Positions 1-10,735 of a stretch of 64,000 bases of DNA are shown piece after piece. A program made the translations under genes and the position numbers. Origin of the DNA: Sphagnum compactum (Eukaryota). The notes beneath the pieces are model-generated. The model was given only the letters and a program-made list of their open reading frames with translations. It did no database searches and had not been told where the DNA came from. Location: contig OZ234493.1 in the NCBI GenBank assembly GCA_965153455.1, forward strand, positions 36,012,213-36,076,212, read 5' to 3'. Each line of letters starts with the position of its first letter. Positions within the stretch are counted from its first letter, which is position 1.

Positions 1-745
1 GTTATTGAGGACCTCTAATTATTGTTTTGTTAGTTGCATTAGACACTATTCTTTTTAGTGAAGCAATATTCAAAGCTACAAGGGTATTAAATTGGTGCTA
101 CATTGTAAATTTTATAATGTGGGTACAATTGCAATGGGTATATCATAATAAATTTTGTAAATGGGGACTTGGTTTGAGATTATCAATTTGAGTGTATACA
201 TGATGTAGGTATTTTTTATGCTTAATTCACAAAATTATACAAATTAGGAACTTTTAATGTTGAGAATAGAGAATTGAAACCCTCACAACAATTTTGTATA
301 TGGATTTTTAAATGGTCTAAGAATCAATATTATGATTGACAGGAACTTGATTTTAGTTTGACAACATATTAGTGAAAACATGTTTGAAATTTTTTGCATC
401 ATTTGAAGCTTTGATTTTGCACATGTAAAAAATAGAGATTGCAATGACATCAATTTCATTTTGTGTGCTAAACTATCCTTGTAAATCTTCAAGTTCAGCT
501 TCCTTGTTGGTTGTGCATGCTTTACATTTTTCATTCAATTTCATAGCACAAATGTAAACATGTATGTTTGTTGCTTACAAAATGACCTTAAAAGATATGC
601 ACCAACGATTCAACTTGCCTCATGTTGAACACGAATGAAATTCCTTCCAGTAACTTGGGGAAGAAAGGCACTGCAAGATTGGCAAAAACAACAACTTCAT
701 CAAAACACTTGTTGAAGCAAAAACAAAGAAATGGCAAATGATGAA

Positions 746-777
746 GTTTAGGGTTTAGGGTTTGGGGTTTTAGGGTT
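746..777. promoter_or_regulatory. Telo-box cluster (TTTAGGG-like repeats) upstream of SmE
   Basis: gtttagggtttagggtttggggttttagggtt ends about 130 bp upstream of the SmE ATG. Telo-boxes (AAACCCTA) are established elements in plant translation and RNA-processing gene promoters. Confidence 0.6.
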
Positions 778-908
778 GGCGTGTGTGTATGTTTGAAGTT
801 GTTTCTGTTTGCTGCTTGCACTGCGTTGCCGGCGGGCGGGCGGGCGTGCGTGCGTGCATACTTGCTTGAGGCGTGTCGGGCTAGGAGGCGAAAGAAAGTG
901 GGGCAGAG

Positions 909-2772
909 ATGGCGACCACCAAAGTTCAACGGATCATGACCCAGCCTATCGTTCGTTCCTGTTCTTTCCACCTCTTTTTTTGCTCAAAGTTTGTGTTTGT
1001 GTTGCTGTTTCTCCCCCTCCGCTTTGTGAAAGTGTGTGGAAGCTTAGGAGTTAGCTTGGTTCGCGTTAGGCTATTAGGGATTCGGCATTTCAAGCTCCAT
1101 ACGCGTCCTTGTTTCTTTCTTCTGGCAAATCGTCACTAACACGCTGCAGAAGCCTGTCTCTTGAATCGAGAGAGAAAAAAAAGTCGCTCTGAGTCGATGA
1201 TGGTATTTTAGGGTTTCGTTTCCCGCAAGAGTTTGTAGATGGGCACTTTCTGTTCACGCTTTTGGAGCTTCTTCTGTGGCTTTTTGCTATTTGAAACTCG
1301 TTGATGTGTAAATTTCCAGCTTTGAATTTTAGGGTTTTTTGCATGGTTCTTAGTCCCCTCCTCCTTTTACCCAGGATGGATTGTCTCAGGTCTGGGACAT
1401 CGTAGTCATGTGGAACTTTTTTGTTTCACCAATTTCCATTGAACTTGCACTTTCTCATGTCAAATAGTTTTCATTGAAGATGTCGCTGTTCTTGTACTCC
1501 AATGCTAGCTGAGATTGCGAGATGCATCATCTATGATCTGTTTCTGCCTGTATAATTTGTTTCTTGGATGTGGATGGGTCCATTGTCTGGGATGGATGTG
1601 GCATTGCTTGACCAATGGCAACTCCTGTCACATTTTCTTCAGAACCTGATTTTCCGATTCTTGCAAAGTGTAAGCCTTCTTCTCTCATTATCCATGTGGC
1701 AGCTTCAAGTTCTCAGTATAAATGCAGGTTATGAACATGATCATGCCACAAGTGGATTGCATTTCTTATCTTGAGTCCTGTTCTGTTTAGTTTCCTACAG
1801 GGCCTCACTGTACAAGACCATGTTGTTCATGTTTGTGCAGAAATCAAGGATCCAGTTCTGGCTGTTTGAGCAGAAGGATATGAGGATTGAAGGTCGTATC
1901 ATTGTAAGTTTCTTTATCAAGCATCCTTATGAGCATCCTGGTAAGTTGAGATTAAATTGCAGGATGTGCTTCTTCAATACTTGAGACTTCCCAATTGCTC
2001 TTGACTTTGTCCTTATTCGCAGGGATTTGATGAATACATGAATCTTGTTCTTGATGATGCCGAGGAGATTTCATTGAACAAGAAGACACGAAAGCCTTTA
2101 GGTGAGTAACAATGATGCTATTGGAGAACTTCTTGAGTTAGTATTCTAAAACCCTAAATCCTGAGCTGACCATCAATTCCTTAGCTTTGCAGGCCATAAT
2201 GAAGACTTTTTAAACCTTTGCAAGTACAGAGAGTAGTCTCTTCTTGAATTTGTTTTAGATCTGTGGAGCAGGAGTCTTTCTCCACAATCTGTCCCCTCTG
2301 AATTGTGGTTCTTAGTAGGTCAATTGCATTTGTTTATGTGATGCAGTATATCGTCATCTGTCTTTTGCACTACTGCAATTTGAATGCCTTGCTGGATTTT
2401 GTTTTGTTGCCTGACAGGGCGGATTTTATTAAAAGGGGATAACATCACACTCATGATGAATACGTCAGTCAAGTTCATCTTTGCTTGCTCCCTACCTTAA
2501 GAATCTCATTTCTATTGTTGGCTGGAATCTGGTTTGGTGTGTTGTCTTATGCCATGATTGGAAGGATGGTTTTGTTTAAAATGACTGTAGATTGCTGTAA
2601 AATACTGATCAATCTGAATTATTCCTCAGTGACCCATTTCTTTGTACTTGTTAGCAAGACTTTGAATTGTAGACATGTTTGGGGTTTTGTTCAAGAGTTA
2701 TGTCCAAGGTTTTCACATACATTGACATTGTGGGTCTTTCTCAATGTATTGCCTGGCTGCAGGGGGAAGTGA
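909..2772 (+). CDS. SmE: Small nuclear ribonucleoprotein E (Sm-E), 6 exons, 88 aa
   Basis: Exons 909-950, 1643-1669, 1841-1903, 2023-2101, 2418-2463 and 2763-2772, all introns GT..AG. Joined: [88 protein letters not shown], with Sm1 and Sm2 motifs. Confidence 0.97.
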
Positions 2773-4630
2773 GATTGTGGTGCATGGGCTATTATGAGTG
2801 ACCTTTCTGAAATACAACAGCAATTTGAGAAGAGGGTTGTCAGTAGTGACACTGCAGTCAAGACAGCCAAGTGAGATCAACTTGCATGTTGCACATACAG
2901 CGATCTACTGCAGAGCGAGTAGAGTTGCATGCCGGTAACAGGTCCTGAGGCTACCCTAGACAAATTTTAAGCCACAGGTTTTGCATTTACATTTGCCTTT
3001 TGCACATTTGTGAATGGAATTACCATCTTGTTTCACTGGTGCAAGTCTCTGTTTAATGTGAAGCAACAAACCGCTCCCTGTTGTTGTGGTCTTTTGATAT
3101 TTGCTAAGGAGTTTGTACAAAAGTCTAAAGTTTATATGCACTGATTGAAAAGCATCCACCACTTTCTGAGAACATTTTAAGAGAGGACTTTCAGATTCTC
3201 ACCCTTAAATATGATTTGAATGCATTCCATTGCCCCCAAGAATTTATATTTTTCCATTGCTTACTTTGACATGTCATGAAAACAAGCTAGATTCCAATAT
3301 AATCAATGCAACTTGGACAATGTTGAAGGCTGGTGTTGGCAGTTGAAGTCTCTTACTTTGAAATGGTGAAACCAAAACCCAAATGGGTAGGTGACTGAAC
3401 ACGTAAGCGCTCAGGGCAGACCGGATCCATGGGGAGGGCTCTGTTGTTTCTGGTGTCCAAACAAAACTTGAACCCCTCCTCTTGGTGCATCTGACACTAA
3501 CAATCATTGAAAACAGATTAGAAATGAGAAAGTTACACCCCCCCCAAAGTAAAGGGTCAAAAACTCAAAAAAACAAATCACCAAACATTACAAAGGCTGG
3601 TTCCTGAACACCCCAAAAAATTCCTTTTATGTTGCTGTTGTGCTGTTAGAGTTGTGCTGTTAGAGTTCAAAAGATGATTTGTAGAACTTCAGGTGGCGCT
3701 CCTATAGTACTTTAAATTGTCTAAAATGAATAAGAAATAAGAGAGTGATGAGGTTTGAAAGTAGGAGGGGTCAAAATGAAGAAAAATTAATAATTCGAAA
3801 CAACGCAATTTCTTTACTGCTCTTTTTTTGCTGGTCCTTTGGCTTTGCATTTCAAAGATGATTTGTAGAGCTTGAGAAGGCACTCCTATAACATTTTAAA
3901 TCACTCAAAATGGAGAAGAATTGAGAAAGATCTGCCAAAGTGTTCAGTGATAGGCAGGCAATCAGTGATGGGTCGGTCTACCCTAGTTTTGGGCCAAATG
4001 AAACCCCGGACTTGCATAGTGATCACTGGTGTAGCAACTGCATAAGATGATCTTGAAGACTAGATGAAATTGAACACTATTTGCATTGTAACTTTTTGGT
4101 CCATGTTTTTTACAGTACAACAATTCCTACAATTGCGATGACATTTGTTGACAAGAAGAAAGTAATAACTAAACCAAATGGTATCAAAATTGCCGAAGTG
4201 TTTGTTGTGATGATTGATTGGGTTGTCAAGTGTACAGACCCCAAGGTTCTAGCAAGCCTCTAGCAAGCTTTACCATACTGGTTGTTATATGGTGTGGGGT
4301 TTTTAAAGTAATGATGACATTCCCACTTCTTTGTCCTCCAGTTTTCTAGCAGAAATTTACATTGTTAGCTTTGATAGACAATAGGAAAGCTAATTTAAAA
4401 CCAAAAAAATTCTAGTGCTAGGCGGAGGAATGTATCCCAGTTTTTGCGATTTTTTTAACCTGAAATGTGCGATTTCAACACATACAAAGGATATTTTGTG
4501 AAGAAAATGGCCCTAATCCACTAGATTTTGAAAAGGAAATCAAAATAAAGTCGCCAGATTTCTACAACAGGTTCCAGCAAGTAGCCAAAATATAAAAGGA
4601 TTCTTAAACTTTTGACCTTCATATCTTGTC

Positions 4631-4700
4631 TATAGCCAAATCCGGATAAATCTTCTTGTGGACGATTGCAAGTTTGGCTACATCACGAAATTGGAAAAAA
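4631..4700 (+). repeat. Copy of a dispersed ~70-bp repeat (tatagccaaat..ggctaaatctt..gatga..gcc..catcacaaaattg)
   Basis: Similar copies at 29486-29550 (+), 39641-39704 (-), 62696-62745 (+) and 62760-62820 (-). Confidence 0.7.
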
Positions 4701-5694
4701 AACAAACAAACAAACAAACAAAAACCTGCACTGTAGCAATGAATTTTTTTGTGACAAATTTTCACTGCGCCACCAGGTTTGACCAATTATGGCTATCATT
4801 TTCCATAATTGGCATTCTCTCAGGAGAGATTCTGGCACATCATTAGGAACTTTGTATACTATTGGCTAAACCTCACAATGTTCTATGTGCCAGTGGCATG
4901 CATGCATTTGAAAGAGCAATTGACCCCAAGATCGTTTTGGTTGCTACCCAAAAGTGAGTTGCAAAGGATGTCAACAAACTCAATCTGATTTACTACACAG
5001 GGGCTTGCTGCAGACAACAGTGAGGAGCCATTACAATGAGATTTCTTATTTGACTATGTTTGAGTGACCTACTAGTTTTGAAAGTCAATAAAAGCTCTGC
5101 GAACACACAAGAGCATGATGACCCCATGAATTTCATAAACAGCAACTTTGAACAAGAGAGTTTTCAATCAACTCCCTAACCACGCCTATTTTGTCAGAGA
5201 GTCAAAGTCACCATGTTTCTGAAGATGGTTCAGAGCATGAGCACATTGCTGTTGGTTGAGCATCTGAATCAGGATAAAACCATGATGAATAAAAAGGTAT
5301 AGGAGGGATTTGTCCCTCTCCTTTCACCCTTCTAAGTTCATCAAAGCCACTAACCCTAATCAGGCACCTGCAAAAGGGAGAAATTCACAAAATACTAGGC
5401 ACCCAAATTGTAACACCTTTCTGCTACATAGTTTTTTGGGGAAGTCTCATAGATGTCCCTTCCCACAGCAATGGGTATAGGCACCCAGAGAATGACAGAG
5501 CTCATCAAGACATATCAATGTATAAACTATGATTGTCAAAATGAAAGCTAATACCTACTGAGAGGAGACCCACTCAGTGCATGTTGCAGTATTCAACAAA
5601 TTATCACCTCTTGTCCTGCAATGCTCCCAGTCAATGGTGAGCTTTAAAAACCATTGGGATCTACTTTGTGAAAAATAGAAAACCAGCACCACTA

Positions 5695-6954
5695 CTACAA
5701 GACATCTCCTCTTCCTCGCTGCCGGCTCCTCCGCCTACGACTTGTTGATGGTGTTCCCCCATCCATATTAGCACTGGTCCCCAGCCTGTTACTTGGGCCC
5801 CCACTCCCATTGCTGCCTTGTAGATTCTCCCCCCACAATGGCCCTCCCCTCGTATGGGTGCTCCCTGACTGTCGGTACCTTCCTCTAACCCTCGACGGCA
5901 ATCCTCTTCCTCCCACTATTGATGCTGGCCCAAACACCTGACACAACAAAAACACCGTCCACCAGTTCCCTTCATCACCAGGAAAATCACTTCCATCCTC
6001 CTCCTCCTCAGGATCTTCATCATCACCATCAATCACATAATCCCCAAGAACGGTGGCGCCTGGCATGGCTGACTGTATGGTACTAAGCACATCCCCTATG
6101 TCTCTTTGACGTTCGAGCCGCCGCCAGTCCCGCTGCCTTGCAGGGTCAACATCAGAGGGGCGTGCTGATGGATGAATGCCCCGTGCATGCTTGCGCAGCT
6201 CCTCATAGGGCCCACTAAATCCACAAGCTTCTTGTGCACAGGTTCGTATCTTGCGATTGAGATGCAATCGGGCAGCATCCACAACCTTCCACCCTTCCAC
6301 TTTACCTCTGCAAAGAGGACAGAGCAAGTGCCCTGAATCAGCATCAGTACCTGAAGCAGCTCCTTGTAAGAGCTCCAATGACCCTCGTCCACCACTATCA
6401 TCTCTTCCCAAATCAACCCCCACAGAGGATCCACCACTCACATACTCAGCACCTCTTGCTGCAAAACCTCGCATGGCCAACCCTACTGGTGTTATAGACA
6501 TCCCTCCTTCCACATGCTCCTCCTCCAATCTCTCGCTTGCTGTCCCCGGTATCCTCAGTGGTCCTATTCCCCAAGTTCTTCCCACATCTATTGCCTCCTG
6601 AGACGATCTACCCTGGGCCACGATGCTGGAAACTCCACCTAGTGTGCCATCAGCCTTGTCTGAAGAGTCATGAGCTTTTCTGTATTGGTCAAGGCAGTTT
6701 GAGTGTCGATAGCTGGTGTCACAGATATACGGGCGACATCCTTTGTCATGAGATGCACAGATTAGCAGAACTGCATTGTGTGGATGCTCCAAACAAATGG
6801 GGCAAGTGGCCTCCTCCCATTCTTTCTTCTGTTCACCATCATCCACAAACTTTGAGGAGCTTGCCACTCCTCTGCTAGGCCGAGAATAGGGCTTGTACAC
6901 TACACCCTGTGCCTTTGGTGATAACAGAGAGTGGCTGCTAGGATCCTTGGGCAT
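5695..6954 (-). CDS. DUF1644 family (plant zinc-finger-like) protein, 419 aa, single coding exon
   Basis: Uninterrupted ORF with family motifs WEEATCPICLEHPHNAVLLICASHDKGCRPYICDTSYRHSNCLDQY, LLCPLCRGKVEGWKVV, CAQEACGFSGPYEELRKHAR..HP and RDIGDVLSTIQSAMPGATVLGDYVI. Confidence 0.93.
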   Translation of the reverse strand: MPKDPSSHSLLSPKAQGVVYKPYSRPSRGVASSSKFVDDGEQKKEWEEATCPICLEHPHNAVLLICASHDKGCRPYICDTSYRHSNCLDQYRKAHDSSDKADGTLGGVSSIVAQGRSSQEAIDVGRTWGIGPLRIPGTASERLEEEHVEGGMSITPVGLAMRGFAARGAEYVSGGSSVGVDLGRDDSGGRGSLELLQGAASGTDADSGHLLCPLCRGKVEGWKVVDAARLHLNRKIRTCAQEACGFSGPYEELRKHARGIHPSARPSDVDPARQRDWRRLERQRDIGDVLSTIQSAMPGATVLGDYVIDGDDEDPEEEEDGSDFPGDEGNWWTVFLLCQVFGPASIVGGRGLPSRVRGRYRQSGSTHTRGGPLWGENLQGSNGSGGPSNRLGTSANMDGGTPSTSRRRRSRQRGRGDVL

Positions 6955-8220
6955 CTTGACTTGCCTTCCCTATCCTGCTCTGTACCTAAAAAAACATCAC
7001 TTTGTTATGCCACAATCATCCATGACACAACAATCCAAACAAACACCTCTCCCAAGCACAAAGCTGAAAACGTGATCTTTCAAGCAAGCAAACCATATCC
7101 TCATGAGTCCAACAAGGCCTAACAAAAGGAAGGTATCAAATCCAGACTCCAAACAAGAATCAAACAGGAAGTCCTCTTGTACACCTGCAACTGCACATCC
7201 TCTTCTACGTACAAACCGACCACAATTGATGTCCAAACTCACAATTTTGCAGATGACGACCATCGTTGCTGGCCCTAGTAGGTATCACAAAAACACATCC
7301 ACCAAGAAACAAACCCTAGTACAACACAGAAAGTCTTCAAGATCCAGGAAGCACACCTGATGTCTGTCACTGATACATCTGCAGAAAACCCCACTGATGC
7401 TCTGGCACCGGCCGTCCCAGCTCCTGCAAAGAAAAAAAAAACACGCCATCACATCAGAAGCCAGCCACAAACTTGTAAGATCCGTTGCCCAGGAGATCGG
7501 ACTGCAAGCAGCAGAAAACAGGCCAAGGATTGAAACCCCTCAAAACACAGAATTTCACGCAATCTGAAACCGAAACGCAAGAATAGATACTCCCCTCCCT
7601 AAAGTATACATAACACCAACCCGCCCTTGAAGCCTAGATTCCGGCCCTCCTGCTCTCCCTTCCCCCGCCCCCCCCCCCCCCCCCCCTCTGAAAAGCAGGA
7701 ACAAAAGTCTTTCCCGAAACAAAAACAAAAAGCATGCGAGAAAAGGAGAGACAAACCAAGGGCACGCCAGCCACAGGGGAGGGATTGCAACAAAGCTTGC
7801 GACAAAGCAGAGGAAAAAGCCTAGAAAACAAAACAAGGACAAAACAAAGACGAGCGTTGGAGAAGATACCCGTTGTTGCTGCTACTGCTTGCGCTTCCGT
7901 CCGTCCGTCCGTCCGTCCACCCTCCGACTACTACTTGCTGTGCTGCCGCCAAATCAACCAGATCAATTACAAAGCAGACCGAAACCGCAGGCCGCTTCCA
8001 TAGACGAGAAGAGACAGAACCGAGAAAGAAGAGACGGGAGAAAGAAGAGGCGGAACCAAAAAAAAAAACAGAAGAGAAGAAGCAAACAAGCAAACAAAGG
8101 CGCCACTGGAAAAAGGAAATAGAGAGCAAATTGAGAGGAGGTTTTGACGAGGGATCTAGAAGGAAGGGAAGGGGGCGGCGATAGTGATGGAGAAGAAGGA
8201 GGAGGAGATCTGTAGTGAGC
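6955..8220 (-). other. Multi-exon 5' UTR of the DUF1644 gene
   Basis: Canonical splice signals give leader exons ~8220-7870, 7423-7357 and 7184-7094, with the last exon starting at 6985 (tttag|GTACA). The transcription start is inferred. Confidence 0.6.
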
Positions 8221-8344
8221 GCGAGAGTTCCCCCTCTCCCCACCCCCGCAAAGCACCTCTTCTGATGCTATCAATCGCACAGCTCTCGCGTCGTCTCTCT
8301 CGCGAGCTCGCTCCCCTCGCAGAACCCCTACCCGCAGCTTCTCT

Positions 8345-8401
8345 GCGGCCCTTAAGATTCACGAGCGGCCCTTAAGATTCACGAGCGGCCCTTAAGATTC
8401 A
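8345..8401. repeat. Tandem 20-bp repeat, about 2.85 copies (gcggcccttaagattcacga)
   Basis: Copies at 8345-8364, 8365-8384 and a partial copy at 8385-8401. Confidence 0.95.
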
Positions 8402-9394
8402 GAGGATCGGACCCTAAAGCTTCGAGGCTGCCGGTTCCTTGACTTAATTCTCTTCTTCTTATTAGAACTGCCCTGCAGCGCCGGCCGACCGACCAGGGTT
8501 CCATATACCCGCCGACCCGTTAACTGCCGGTTCTTTCTTCGTCCACCAGACCGCATCTTGTTTGGGCAAATGGGCAGTCACGGGAAAAAAGAAACAAGCA
8601 ATGCTTTTGTAATGTATGCAACAAGCGGCTCTGCTGCCACCAGAGGCTCTGTCCTGAAAATAAGGTATTACATTTAATGTTCTACTCTGAACTCAAGTTA
8701 TAATGTTTTACTTTGAACTCAAGTTATATTGGATTAAAGTTTATTGGCTTTTTATGAAAGATCATTTTTTTTTTAAAAAAATCAAATTTTTGTATAAAAA
8801 AATAAAGTTTTCTAACCATCTTAGAATTTATTTTACATGTTTAGAAATTGAAACCATAGTTCCATTGTCTTTCTTTAACCATACAAATGAATATAAAGTT
8901 GTGATTAATTATATTGTTTAAGAAAATTCAAGTTTTTAAAACTTGAATAATGTAAACAATTTTTTAGCAACTGTGCATGTGGTATTTTGATATTTGAAAT
9001 CAATATTGAATGGATATAATTTATATGTAAAGATTTTTATTTTTTGTCTCATTTTCATTTTGAAGTTTGAGAATTTGGTATGTCTTATATTTGTTTTTGT
9101 TGCATTTGGGTTTAAGTTTTCCATGAAAGGTTTGTTGTTATGATGTTTGATGGGTGTACGTATGGATAGAACAATCATTCAAATTTTTTTGTCTTGGTGT
9201 TGATATTTATAATATTTTTTTACACATGATCCATGTAAAAAAAAATGTAAAAATGCAAATTCAAGCTATAAGGTGCCAACAGTTTTGGAGTAATTAATTA
9301 GGTGGAAAATGCAACATTTACATGCATATTTTCACAAACATTACACTTTAAGTTAATGGTTTTTTGTTATACATTGGAAGTGTGTTTGGTAATT

Positions 9395-10735
9395 TAAAAT
9401 GCGATATAAATCGGTTTGTGAAAATCTGACCAATATGCTTTTGTTACACCATATTTGCATTCATTTCAACGACATTTGCCCATATATGGTCTAATTGAGA
9501 TTCAACTTTTGTGGTGCTTTCACTAAATTGTGATTTTACGTGAAATTCATCCATGAAATGTAATAGTTCTTTTTTATTTTTTGGTTGGTTATTGTTTTTT
9601 AGATTGTCAACATTAAATTCTCCCATAATGATGATTGGACAATGTTCAAGAGATTATTGAATTATAATTTGAAGATTGTTTAGGAATGTAAAATTCGAAC
9701 ATGAATGAGCTTTATACACACATACAATATTTATTTTGTTGTGTATTAGTATTAAAAGTTGCTATTATATATTTTGAACCATCGCTAGTTATTGTATTGA
9801 AGGAATTTAAGTGCATGTGTCATACATCATCATTAACCCATGACCATCATGGATTGAAATATATGAATATTTTGACGAATTTATAAATTTGTGCACATCT
9901 ATTGATGCATGGTGCATTCTTGTTTATATAAAACATAAGATATGAAACATTTGAAGGTTATGATCATGATTGATGTCTTTATAATGTTGGCATAAAGAAC
10001 TTGTATTCAAGGCTTAGATAATTACATGAGAATTATGTAAGTTTTTTAATTGAGGAATCAATGGTATCCAAGTTGCAATTATGTTTTCAATCTATTCATT
10101 TCTACATGTATTCTTGGATCCACATAAAAAATTTCATGTTGGAGAAAGGTTAACAAAAATAGTTTTTCTTTTGTTCAAATGCGGGATAGTGATGTTTATG
10201 TTGACCCATGTTTTTTAACATTAATGGGATCAAAAACCAATTCATCTAATGATAATCCTTGAGAACAATGAATGGTTCTTGTTACTACAAGTTGAATTGG
10301 AAATTGAAACCTTATTATGATAAATGATTGGGATTTACCAACTCTTATGTCTTTGATGATAGGTTCAATTACTATCCATTTTGATTCAATGTTGTTGTTG
10401 TAATAATGATTATATTTTTTCTCTTGTTAGTGTTCCAATTTTAGAATTCTAAAACATTATCCATATAATGGTTTTTTCACAATATGTTGTTGTTTTTAAA
10501 ATGCCATCAACTCCATTCACAAGACCATCCGATGTTACATAGTTACCAACACATTATTTTTTAATATATTAATTGTAAAATGCAAACCCGTAGTTTTACT
10601 CAAGTCATTTGAGAGTTTGTAAGATGGGGGGCATGATTGATGGTTTATGTCCATTGCTTTGAAAATAAACATGGGACCTAATGTGTTAGTGAACACATTT
10701 TCATTGTGTTTTTGCACAAATCAAAAATGTTTTTG
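9395..10735 (-). mobile_element. Decayed endonuclease-containing Helitron (Helentron/HLE2-type): PIF1 helicase C-terminus followed by an EEP/AP endonuclease
   Basis: Minus-strand translation through stops and frameshifts. PIF1 motifs: GNYVTSDGLVNGVDGI, RFQFPIQLVVTRTIHCSQGLSLDEL, (Y)TSLSRI*TKEKLFLL. EEP motifs: ALNTSSLCQHYKDINHD, ILCFI*TR, VYKAH, IIIMGEFNVD, SQLDHIW, YWSDFHKPIY. Confidence 0.85.

Noticed and set aside
746..777. Telomere or chromosome end
   Set aside because: Only about four degenerate units inside a promoter, which fits telo-boxes.
7861..7869. U12-type intron donor (GTATCTTCT) in the DUF1644 leader
   Set aside because: It deviates from RTATCCTT, and no TCCTTAAC-like branch site was seen near the candidate acceptors.
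7555..8375. Many overlapping ORFs of 65-140 aa (similar clusters at 30049-30998 and 62874-63522)
   Set aside because: They are low-complexity translations of GC- or purine-skewed promoter and UTR sequence, with no recognisable motifs.
8345..8401. CRISPR-like array (also considered for 21676-21952 and 24256-24468)
   Set aside because: Units are contiguous with no unique spacers, there are no cas genes, and the context is eukaryotic.
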